Assembly: GCA_035084275.1 (NCBI GenBank)
Contig: CM068760.1
Location: 1,922,001-1,986,000, forward strand
DNA from: Hydrolagus colliei
Taxonomy: Eukaryota
Reading direction: 5' to 3'
Length of the DNA: 64,000 nucleotides
Under the pieces are notes generated by a model. It was not told where the DNA came from, made no database searches, and was given only the letters and a program-made list of their open reading frames with translations. Within the stretch, counting starts at the first letter, position 1. The number at the start of each line of letters is the position of its first letter. The translations under genes and the position numbers were made by a program. Below are positions 53,409 through 64,000 of this stretch, one piece after another.

Positions 53409-53608
53409 NNNNNNNNNNNNNNNNNNNNNNNNNNNNNNNNNNNNNNNNNNNNNNNNNNNNNNNNNNNNNNNNNNNNNNNNNNNNNNNNNNNNNNNNNNNN
53501 NNNNNNNNNNNNNNNNNNNNNNNNNNNNNNNNNNNNNNNNNNNNNNNNNNNNNNNNNNNNNNNNNNNNNNNNNNNNNNNNNNNNNNNNNNNNNNNNNNNN
53601 NNNNNNNN
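53409..53608. other. Assembly gap (200 N)
   Basis: Run of N. Confidence 1.
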
Positions 53609-54784
53609 TCAGCGCCTTGGGCCGTCCTCCCAACGTGAAAGGCGCTCTATAAATGTAAATTGTTGTTGTTGTTGTTTGTGTCCAATTATCGCACTGCTGA
53701 GCAACAACAACACACAGGGTCACATCTCACAGCGCCTCAGGGCACCTGAGCAGCCGGAGTGTGTGAGGACGCGGCGGGATTGAGCTCAGCCGCGCCGAGA
53801 TCCTCTCCCACGCCGTTATTCACCGCCCCGGTGTCACGGGAACGGAGACCGGTGATACCGGGGACTGGTTCCTTTGATGATCTGCTGTTTGCTTGTTTGC
53901 AGGGAGCAGTCAGTATCCATAACGTGGGCTATTGGCAGGGCAAGCAGTACATCGGTGTGGGACCAGGTGAGAATTGCGGGGATGAAAGGTATTGAAGGTG
54001 TGCGGCCTTGCAATCCAGTGACTGGTCTGCCCTTCCAGGTCCTACTGTCGAGCCGAGCTGGGCCTCGCTGTCGTCAGCAGTGAGAGCCCTGGATATACCC
54101 TCGCTGACCACTCTTCTTTGCCTCCTCCAGGTGCTCACGGCAGGTTTGTCCCGTGGGGCGAGGGCAACAGTCGGAGAGAAGCCAGGATACAGACTTTGGA
54201 GCCTGACATCTGGATGAGGGAGGTCAGGAAGTTTGGCCACGCAACCAGGAAGAGAGTGCAGCAGACTCCACTGGACATGTGAGCCAATAGCCTTGATTGA
54301 GCACAGTGGGGGGGGGTGGGGGGGGGCGAATCCTGAAGTGATTGTTCAGGGCTTGTTTTGATGGAGAGTCGTACGACGAAATACAGGTTGTGTGATTTTT
54401 TTCTTACAGGTTGGAGGAGAAGCTGGTGCTGGGGCTCCGAATGAGCCAGGGAATCACACACGGAGTAAGTGAGAGAGCGACGTCTGTCTACCTGTCTGCT
54501 GTCCTTGCCTGTCTGCTCTGCCTGTCACTGTGACTTATGGGTGTGCTTGTGTGTGTTGCAGGAGTGGCTGCAAAGCTCGGCTGGATTGAGTCTGTGGGCA
54601 GCGCTGGGGGAATCGCAGTCAGTGCAGGACTTCCTGGACCAGGGCTTCTTATCTTGGACCATAGGTAACGATGAGGGGATTGGGGGGGTGGGGGGCTCAG
54701 TCTCTGAATGTAACTTGAAACTTTCCCAGCTCCGACAGCCCCAAGCCAAGGACTGATCTTTGCAGTGTACCTGACTGCAGACAC

Positions 54785-55080
54785 ACAGGAACAGGAGTAG
54801 GCTATTCAGCCCCACGAGCCCATTCCACCATTGTACCTCAACTCCAGTTACCCATCTTTGCTCCATATTCCTTGACACCCTGAGCTAACAAATGTCTGTC
54901 TTGAAGATGCGAATGGATTCAGCCATAATCTACAACCTCTTGGGGAGGGAATTTCAGATTTCTGCCTTCCTTTGTATGTGATTTTACTCCTAAATGGCCT
55001 AGCTCTAATTTTAAAATGATGCCCCCTTGTTCTGGATTCCCCCATCAGAGGAAATAGTTTCTCTGTAACTATCTATTGAA
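54785..55080 (-). mobile_element. CR1 LINE 3' fragment
   Basis: GESRTRGHHFKIRARPFRS on minus and reverse-complemented CR1 tail. Confidence 0.8.
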
Positions 55081-56954
55081 CCACTGATATCAGATCTGAG
55101 GGGGTTTTGAAATGGGACAAAGACTGATGAGGAAGGGACGAGAGGGAGGCTGTCGGAAGCAGGCTATAATAGCCCCGGCATTAATGGAGGGGAGCAGAGG
55201 GGGATGCCTGGGTCAGCCTCACTGAGGGGGACAGCAGCAAATCAGAGGTTGGAGGTGCTGGGGAGACAGAAAGCCGGGGTGATGGATGGAGTGGTGTTTC
55301 TACAGAGTTTGGTGGGGGTGTGAAGTTTGGTCAGCTCCTTCAGATGTCCTCCCAACGTGAAAGGTGCTATATACAAAATGTAATTCTGTTGTTGTTGTTG
55401 GGCTGAAGGAGGCAGGTTATTTGGCTGTGATGTTGCGATGTTCCAGACTGGATTAACCCTTTGTCCTTCTCTCTCCAGGGGACTGCGGTGCACGTGGGCA
55501 GGCCTGGCCCTGCTTGACAGCCTGCTGCCCACCCTCCTCCACCAGCTCCACCTCGCGCACAAGGCTTCCATAGCGCACAGCCCCTGACTCACCCTCCCTC
55601 CTGGATGCCGAGCTGCGTACTGGGATTCCACACTCGCTCTGTGTCTCTTTGGACTGAAACTAAATCCTCCCCAACTAATGGGATTGATGGTGGACTGAGC
55701 AATGCTGTGGGCAGGAGAGGGGAAGGAGGCCAGGTCTGAACACTGGAGACATGTGAACAGAAGAATGTTCTGACATTGATGGACATTAGGAGATTTGTCT
55801 GCCCCTCACCGCACCCAGACTGCCCACCCCACCCCCCCCCTCCCCACCCACCCCCCCCCCACTCCCCACCCCGCCCCCCCCCACTCCCCACCCCGCCCCC
55901 CACTCCCCTGGAGGCAAAGGCAGTGGTTGGAGCTGCTCATCTCGAAAGTTACTATTTTTTGAAAACTTAATCATTTATTTAAGCTTGAAGGCAAACTCTT
56001 GCTAAATGAACTTTATCGGGGATTCTTGTTATTCGTATATTTAATCGAATTGTCAAAATGCTGCTCAGGATTATTTTTTACTGTGAGGGGCAGTGACAGT
56101 ACTTTTAGGAGAATAAAATTTATTGAATGTTTTCCCGTCGCTAGTTATTTGCTCAGATCTTTCATTCCCTTCTGCCACCTGCTGGCATTCAGTTTGGCTC
56201 CAGTGTTGCCAGCAAAACCTAGGGATGGCTGCTAGTACTGATCTTCTTACCCTTTCCGGCCTCTGAACCTCATCTTCATCGATGGAACCCTTTGCAGGCG
56301 CCAGCCAGTTCGAGGCTGTACAGTGCCAATCGGGATGGAATTGACCCAAAGCATGGGTGAGGGTTTGGTCTACTTTGGATGCGAGCTATGGTCAGAGGCG
56401 GGCAATGTGATGGAGGTGGAGGAAAGCGGTCCTGATTGTGGACATTATATGCGGTAGGAAAGCCAGCTGGGAGGTGAGGGGTGGGTGGATGGTGGTCTAA
56501 CCAGACCCTCAGTTACATACAGGTTCAATTAGCCTCCGGGATGGGCTTCAATAACAAATGCCAAGAGCAGGCAGTGGGAACATAATCAATCAAAACTTAC
56601 ATTTATATAGCGCCTTTCACATCGAGAGGACGTCCCAAGGCGCTGTACAGTCAGGTAGGGACAAGAGCAGGGGCGGGGGGGGGTGGGGGGGGGGGGAAGA
56701 AGATTAGGAGAATTGACTGTATATTTGTGGGCGAAACGCGGCAGCCAAATTGCGCACAGCAGCGTCCCAATGCATCTTAATCTATTCCTGCTGGTGTCAG
56801 CCAAGGTTGTGTCTATTGATTTGATTTGATTGAGTGATTGATTTATTGTCGGCAGCCAATAAATCGCCTGTTTTCTGGACTTGTGTGTTGATGATCCTTC
56901 CCCCCACCTCCACCACCCCCATCCCTTTTAGTAGATGAAGCCCGGCCCGTCAGA

Positions 56955-57150
56955 GGCGGGGCCGGAAGTGCGGGTTGCCATTAGTGACGGGGGGGGACGC
57001 CGCTGCCCGAGGGGCGGTGGGAAGGGAGGGACCGGAAGTGCGGGTTGCCATTAGTGACGGGGGGACGCCGCTGCCCGGGGTGGTGGGTGGGGGGCGGAAG
57101 TGCGAGTTGCCATTGTGACAGCGATGGCAGGGGGTGGGGGGGAGGGGAAG
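56955..57150 (+). promoter_or_regulatory. MYCBPAP promoter with three copies of an ETS + RFX X-box-like module
   Basis: CGGAAGTG at ~56963, 57033, 57095, each followed by GTTGCCATT(A)GTGAC at 56974, 57044, 57106. Confidence 0.7.
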
Positions 57151-58969
57151 ATGGCGAGCACCCGCAAAGCCTCCAAACTCTTACAGAGGGAAACGGGGCA
57201 GAAGACACCGCCGGGTGAGAGGCGCCGGGGGAGGGGGGGGGGGGGCAGGGAGGGCAGAGAGAGATTGTTAAACCCACTGCGGGGGGGTGGGGGGGGGGGG
57301 GGGGCAGCTCCAATCAACTGTATTTTAAGCCAATTCAATGTCGATGATCAATGAAACCGATCGATATTTAAGACAATTTATATATGTGTGTATATATATA
57401 TTATATATGAACCGTTTCAAATATAATATGTACAGTCAATTCACGTTGCAGTATATTCTGTGAAGCGCTTTGAGACGTCTCTGGATGTGAAAAGCGCTGT
57501 ATCAAATGCAAGGATTATTAAATGTATATTACTGTATTAAAATATATATTTATATATCAATATCAGTGATATTTAATGATTATTCTACAGGTAAGCAAAG
57601 TACTGGCTGATGTTGGTCAGCTTTAGCTGCCCCCATACGATGATGAGACAATAATAATAAGAATCCTTGCATTTGATGTAGCAGTTTTTCACGTCTTCTA
57701 GACTGTGTCTCAAAGCGTTCGGCAGAATAGACTGTAAAGTGAATTGACCGTGTGTTTGTGGGAGAAGCGCGGCGGCCGACTGCCAATGCCCTTGAAAGCT
57801 GTTGCCGACTTTTACGGGATTGACTTTTTCAGAGAAGAAGAAGCTGAAAGGGATCGAGGAATTTATGCCAATCGAAGAGGTCGCAGGGAAGGATGTTGTG
57901 CTGACAGGGGATGATATCATGGCCCTGGCTATCAAGAGGGCTGATTTGGAAAAGGTAGCTAGACTGATAACAGCGTAGACACACGCCTCTCCTTCCCTTT
58001 CCTATATCTCTCTGTTCCCCTCTGTATTTCTCTCTCGTACCAACCTTCTCTTAACCTGCGGTGGCTAAGACAGTCTGAATGAAATATCAATGGGGCTCTC
58101 GATAGAGGTTAAATAATGTATAAAATAATAATAATAATAATCGGTCAAAAAAAGACACACTGATAAACAAAATTGGTCATTTTCAATCCATGACTGTTTG
58201 TGGGGGATGCCGCTGTGCGCAATTGGCTGCTGCGTTTCGCCCACAAATATACAGTCAATTCACTTTACAGTATATTCCGTGAAGCGCTTTGAGGCGTCGA
58301 TAAGATGTGAAAAGCCGCTGTGTCAAATGCAAGGATTATTATTATGAAAAGTTGAGAATAATTCCACCGTCTCCTTCTACCCTTGTCCCCGGCAGCTTCA
58401 CCACCGGCCATCAACTAGAACCAAGTCCTTTATCCAAAACACTCTGTTGATTCGAAAACCAAAGCCAAAGGAGGATAAAGTGACAAAACTTGTGGCCAAA
58501 CCGACTTTGATTGAAGAAGTCATTAAAACTGTGGACTACTCAGGTCTGTTGCTTTTTTGTCTTTGGACTAAATTGATATTTCTTGCATATTTAGTTGCTG
58601 ATTGCCTGCTGTTGGTGGTGAGTGGAGGAGTTGTCTTGGCCAGGCTTGTGTGCATATTGAAGTTTGCCGTTCTCTCACGGGTCAGTCCGTGTTTTCTCCT
58701 GCTTTACATTTATGTTATAAGTGTAATTTGTTGTTGTTGTTGTTGTTATGTTTCTCAGCCTCATGAAGTGGGACTTGCTAGGGTCCCTCACTGCTCGGCA
58801 TCCCTCTCTCTCTCTCCCTCTCTATCTCTGTCTCTCTGTGTCGGGCAGCCGAGACTCACTTGGCCTGTAGCTTTCTCACATTTGCAGCAAACGTTGTGCA
58901 GTCTGGCCCAGGACCTGTTCTCGTTCCTACGGGAGTTCCCCCAAGATCTGACACCCAATGAAGCTTGAC

Positions 58970-59002
<33 letters not shown>

Positions 59003-62000
59003 TCTGTGTAAAGAATTATATTGACATTGACTAATAGTGGCTAAAACCAATCCAGTTCGTGCGAATAATTTGTGGTGCATTTAGCATCTGTACACCCCCC
59101 CAGTATCTCCTTGTGATGATCAAAAATTCAGGTGGGAGTAACAAAGGCATGGGAGTGAACGTCTTATATTCCCGAGTTGTGTGGAACGCTAGAATTTTCA
59201 GGAAATATCTGTTCACCAGTTGAATCTATCTGTACTAAAACTCAGACATTATCCCAACAACAACAACAACAACAAGGCCCTAATAGACAAGCACTGTGCT
59301 GACACTATGTGGATTGAACTGTGAAAGGCACTATATACAAATGTAATTTTGTTGTTGTTGTTGTTGTTCTCTGAACCCCCCAGGTCCAGGCGGTCCTCGC
59401 TTTGATGCCCAGGGAAGAATCCTGCCCCACAGCATCCTAGGAAGGTTGGAGGACTTCAGGCTTGAATTGCTTCGAAGAGGAAACTTGGAGGTAAAGTCCA
59501 GATTCCTGTTAGATCAGCTAGTGAGATACCGAGCAACATGTGGGCTTGAGTCTCGCTCACAATTAAAATAATGAAAAAGGTATCAATTTTCAATGTAAAA
59601 AAAAATCATTAAATTTGATTTTGAGGCTTTTGGGGTCTGGAGGTTGTCTCAAAGCGTTTCACATTTGAAGCGATTTCATTTGAAGTGTAGGGACTGCGCA
59701 TTTTGTAGACTAACATGGCAGCCAATTTACGTACAGCTATGTCTCACGAGCAGTCCAGTGACCGATTTCATTTCTGAGAGTATTGGCCAGGATAGAGCAT
59801 GAGCAATTTTATTTGTAGGATTGTCGATCAGGACACCATGTAGGTGCAACGATCCACGTCGAGACTTTGAGCTCCCAGTCCAGGAAGCCGTTCACACTGT
59901 TGCCATCTACGTAACTGGACAGAAAAATAAAAGCACTGAATGAACAAATCGACTTCATGTCTGACACAGTGGAGTCTTGACATAGTGGGTTTGTGTTTTC
60001 CCAGTGCTGCTGGTTTCAGTGCAACCCTGTCACATTAAATGGGGTCAATAGGAACTTACTGAACTTACTATTTCCTTTCCCCTTCAGTTAGCGTCTCTCA
60101 TCCCCACCGGCCTCCAGACTGAACCCAAACCACCAGCTCCGGTCAATTACAGGGAGAAAGGCAGGCTTCATGCTGGTTACAAAACCCATCATCAGGAGAG
60201 TGCCCTGGAGAACTGGGAAAGACACATGGCAGAGAGAAAGATGCAGCAGTTAAAACTTGCCCGTAAGTCTCCGAGTGAAGAAGATCATAAGAATTTGCTG
60301 GGCGAAAGAAGACCAATGTCCATCCAGTTTGCCTTCCACCATCCTGGCAGTCACATGCACATGTCATGTTCCAAACTGTATTCCAAGATATTATTCCCTG
60401 AAAGAAATCTCTCTAATTTGTTGTTAGAAGAATCAACACTTTCTGTTTCAAGACCCTCTTCCTCGACCACCCTCCTAACCCTCCCCTCCCCTCCCTCCAT
60501 TCCTCCAACCTGTAGCTTGGGTCCAAAGGCCTGTCTATCCAGCACCTTGGAATGACCTCCTGACGTGAAAGGAACTGTACAAATGTAGTTTGTTGTTATT
60601 TTCCTAAGCCCTACAATCTCTCTTATACATTTGAATTTGTCTATTCCCTGTCCAGGGCTGCTGCAGAGGCCGCTTACTGAACTGCTCATCAATCACTCGG
60701 AGGATTTGGGGCAAATGAAACAGAAATACCATCTGATTGATCTTAGTATTGCCCTCCAGGGCCATGGCAAGGTAAGCACATGTTGCCAACCAATTGCTCA
60801 AAGCTTGGGAGTCCACCAAGATGGGAGCTTCTAGACGTCAGCGGCTTGGCTACTGTGACTCTGTGGGTAAGTATCTGTCTGTATCTGTCTGCCCCCTGAT
60901 GCATCTTGCATTTTCATTTACCTGCCCACGTTCATCTTTCTGACCTTTCAGCTCACGTTTTTTTAAGCCAGGATACAGCATCGTGCCAGGCAAGGCTGCT
61001 GCGTATTGTTTAACGTTATTAAAGTCAAACTGGTGTTGTTTTTTTCTGCCTCTGGCAGGGATACCGTGTGGGGAGTGAGTTTTGGTACCAGCCATCGTTG
61101 ATGGGCGATGAGCTGAGCGGCCTGATGTCAACCTTGAACCAGACAGAGCGCGGTTATCCACCGCCTCAGATTCATATTGGAAAATCTTTGGCCATCAGGC
61201 AGGAGGAAGGTACTTGTTAATCCTTCCAGAAAGCAGTGTATCTGACATGATGGACGCAGGCTGAATGTTGAGGGATCGGACCACATGAACGAGTGTCACT
61301 AAAGCCGGCAATGCATGGCACTGAGAAAGCAAAGTAAATCCTGGGATCTATCACTAGGCTGTTATTTATATAATGCGATAATGCAGCTTTAGTTTGCCTA
61401 TTCTATAAAGTATATTCAGTCACCGGAGACACAGCAGGCCGGGACTGTATCGACAATACACAAAGCAGCTGATTTGCAGTGTTTGCTGCGTTTAGAGCTT
61501 GCTCAGGAGAGTTTGCAAGATGGGGTTGTCACCCTCCTCTTTTTAAACTCCTGTCTCTCTTTTTTCCTTAAGGTTCAAACTTCCCCAAAGACAGAAAATC
61601 TGCTGCCAGGAGCAAAAGCGAAAGCCTCTACTTGAAGCAACAATTGGACAACGCAAAGTCTGTTCTGAAGGAGATGGACTTCAGGGAGCCAGTATGTTTA
61701 CCACAAATAGTTTGCCCTGACTCTCGTGTCACACACACTCAAGACTATCGTGTCACTGGCCTGTTTCATATCCCCCCCACCGTCACCATTGATGATCAGG
61801 CTTTCACCATACCTGATCCCACTCACCGGAACTCCATCCCAGAGGCCCTATGACTCACTACTTCCTTGCCACAAGACATTCCTCTTTGACAACGGCTGGT
61901 TTATCCTCCTCGTCACAATCGTCTGTCCTGGTTTGCGCTGATCAGTAGCTGTGCTGTTTAACACTGTTCCTTTTGACATGCAGGAGATGGATCACCTGGA

Positions 62001-63455
62001 TGTGATTGGCCGAGGATTTTCTCTGCCCTCTGTGGAGGTGCAACTGTTTTCTCTCGAGAAGGAACCTTCTGAAACCGAGATGAAAGAGAACGAGTAAGTG
62101 CTTCCGTGATTCAAGCTGCCATTCGCTGGATTTTCTGCCTCGAATCTCTGGAACTCCAGCCCGGAGTCCCTCGGACTCCCCTCTCTCATCCTCGTCTTGT
62201 TCATGTCGGAGTCCTGAGGTGTAATGGTTTGAGCGCTAGCGAGACTGCGGCTTTGATTTGGGTGCCATTTGATGGAGTAAAGAAACTTAGGCAAGTTTCC
62301 TTACTCCACGTTCACACTTCTGTTTCCCTAGCAATAAATAGGGACCTAGTTGTTAGTTGATTGGCGGATCGCTTTCCAGGTGTAATAATCCCTTTCTTTA
62401 AAAAAAAGTAATCGTTCACGTCAGGAGGATTACATATACATAAATCACATTTAGTGCTCATCAGCATAACACTTATAACTCAGCGTACTGTAATATGTGG
62501 TTGACGTCAATATAGAAAACAAACGAGGTGCAGCTGTGCTGTCAGTGAGTTTGGTTGGAGCAAAGACCAAGGAATGGTCAGCAATAGGACAATTACGTTA
62601 TCGTTTGTCTTCGGCAGTGATCCGCTGAACAATTTTCCTGATGTGGTTGAAGAGCCGATCATTGGCCCATCCATTCAGTTCTGTGAGCAGCCGGTCCGTT
62701 GGCTGGGTGGCATAGACTCCCATAAGGTAAAGCTGCTGATCACCAACACAGAATCACAGGACCGCGAGTTTCACAACAGTCACAGAACAGTCACCAGTGT
62801 TGGATGCTTGTGAGGCGATCTCGCTAACCACTTGCCCAACAGGACTCACAACAAACACTGCTCTCCGGAACTCCACCCGTCCTCTGTATCTCACACAAGG
62901 TGAGATGAGGTTTTCTTCGTTGTTTCCAACAGAGTGAGATTGGAATGATTGTTCGGCTCACGTTTGAGGCAATGGCTGGTGAGAAGGCCACTTCCTGTAT
63001 GGAGATCTTAAATGATGGAACCACAGCCATCTTCTACAGGTGGAAACACTTACCACAACCATGCTGTTTTGAGAAGGCCTACACACGTTATTGGGTGCAA
63101 CGGTTCTACTTCAACACCAATGGAGGTACAGCATCATATTGTTAATATTACTTACCAATAGAGCTGTGAGCCCTTAGTGATTGGAATTAAGAACATAAGA
63201 TGACATAAGAATCAGGGGGAGGTACAAGAAGAATACCGATAACCCTGTGTGTATTCTCTCTTCACAGGAGTCATTCTGCCCGGAGAAAATATTACCTTTA
63301 CTGTGATATTTAAGTCCGAAAAACCTGGGATTTTCAACGATTTGTGGGAGTTTTCAACCCACCCAGTCCTGCTTGGAGGAGCATCTCTCCAAGTGGGGCT
63401 GTGGGGGGTGGCTTTGCACGAAGACAAGACCGAGGGCTTAAGACGAAGGCTGAAG
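57151..63455 (+). CDS. MYCBPAP: MYCBP-associated protein, exons 1-12; continues beyond window
   Basis: Exons 57151-57214, 57833-57954, 58396-58543, 59384-59490, 60088-60262, 60656-60771, 61059-61209, 61573-61691, 61984-62093, 62618-62726, 62933-63125, 63268-63455, all phase-compatible. Recognisable peptides GDDIMALAIKRADL, ILPHSILGRLEDF, NDGTTAIFYRWK, QRFYFN, GVILPGE, FKSEKPGIF, WEFSTHPVL. Confidence 0.9.
57430..58345. mobile_element. Three SINE fragments in alternating orientation (+57430-57520, -57650-57780, +58170-58345)
   Basis: Family core/tail sequence on alternating strands around MYCBPAP exon 2. Confidence 0.8.
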
Positions 63456-63589
63456 GTCAGTGGGAAATGCAATGTTATCTGATGGTGAGTTGTTGAACAC
63501 GTTTGTTGCCACTGTTAATACAGACTGTACCTACCGCACTGCTCCAGAAACCATCACCCACCGAGCAGTTTAATCAGAGCTCCCTTTTC

Positions 63590-63850
63590 GCACTGAGCTG
63601 AGGAAAAACTTCTTCACTCAGAGGGTAATGAATTTATGGAATTCTCTACCCAAAAAAAGCTGTAGATGCTGAGTCAGTCCTTGAACATATTCAAGACTGA
63701 AATTGACAGATTTCTTATGGACACAGGGATTAAGGGATATGGGGATAAGGCGGGCAGATGGAGAAGATCAGCCATGATCTTATTGAATAGAGGGGCAGGC
63801 TCGAGGGGCTGAATAGCCTGCTCCTGCTTCTTATTCTTATGTTCCCTAAT
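63590..63850 (+). mobile_element. CR1 LINE 3' end
   Basis: TTCTTCACTCAGAGGGTAATGAATTTATGGAATTCTCTACC and family tail. Confidence 0.85.
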
Positions 63851-64000
63851 GCAATCAAGCTTTGTTTGTTCTTTCTGTTTTCCTGGCATTTCCTCTCAGA
63901 CTGCTTTCTCTCCCAAATGCAGGCAAATAAATTATTATTTATTATTACATTATAGCACTTGTATCAGCCCCCAACACATTTCTCAAGGATAGGGATGTGT

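Noticed and set aside
54480-54780. EPN3 non-coding first exon
   Set aside because: Only weak minus-strand donors (54492, ~54771); cannot be placed without transcript data.

Overview
Vertebrate genomic DNA. It is probably from a cartilaginous fish: the tRNA/Deu-core SINE, L2 and CR1 repeat content suggests a holocephalan such as Callorhinchus, but this is inference. Four spliced genes can be built by hand with GT-AG junctions. (1) NHERF1/SLC9A3R1 exon 1 (minus, 19651-20061); its long intron 1 appears to run off the left end of the window. (2) A complete 17-exon GGA3 (plus, 26639-40070, 722 aa). (3) A 9-coding-exon EPN3 (minus, 43623-52250) with one extra base at the end of the ENTH domain, most likely an assembly error. 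(4) The first 12 exons of MYCBPAP (plus, from 57151). There are four N gaps and a ~4.7 kb near-identical tandem duplication that is probably an uncollapsed assembly overlap. I found no convincingly new biological system. The best leads are a candidate alternative first exon that would give a PDZ1-less, Cys-rich/poly-Gly NHERF1 isoform, and promoters built from multiplied factor-binding modules: three DMRT-like sites at NHERF1, eight GC boxes at ~21-bp spacing plus three CGCG elements at GGA3, and a triplicated ETS+X-box module at MYCBPAP.
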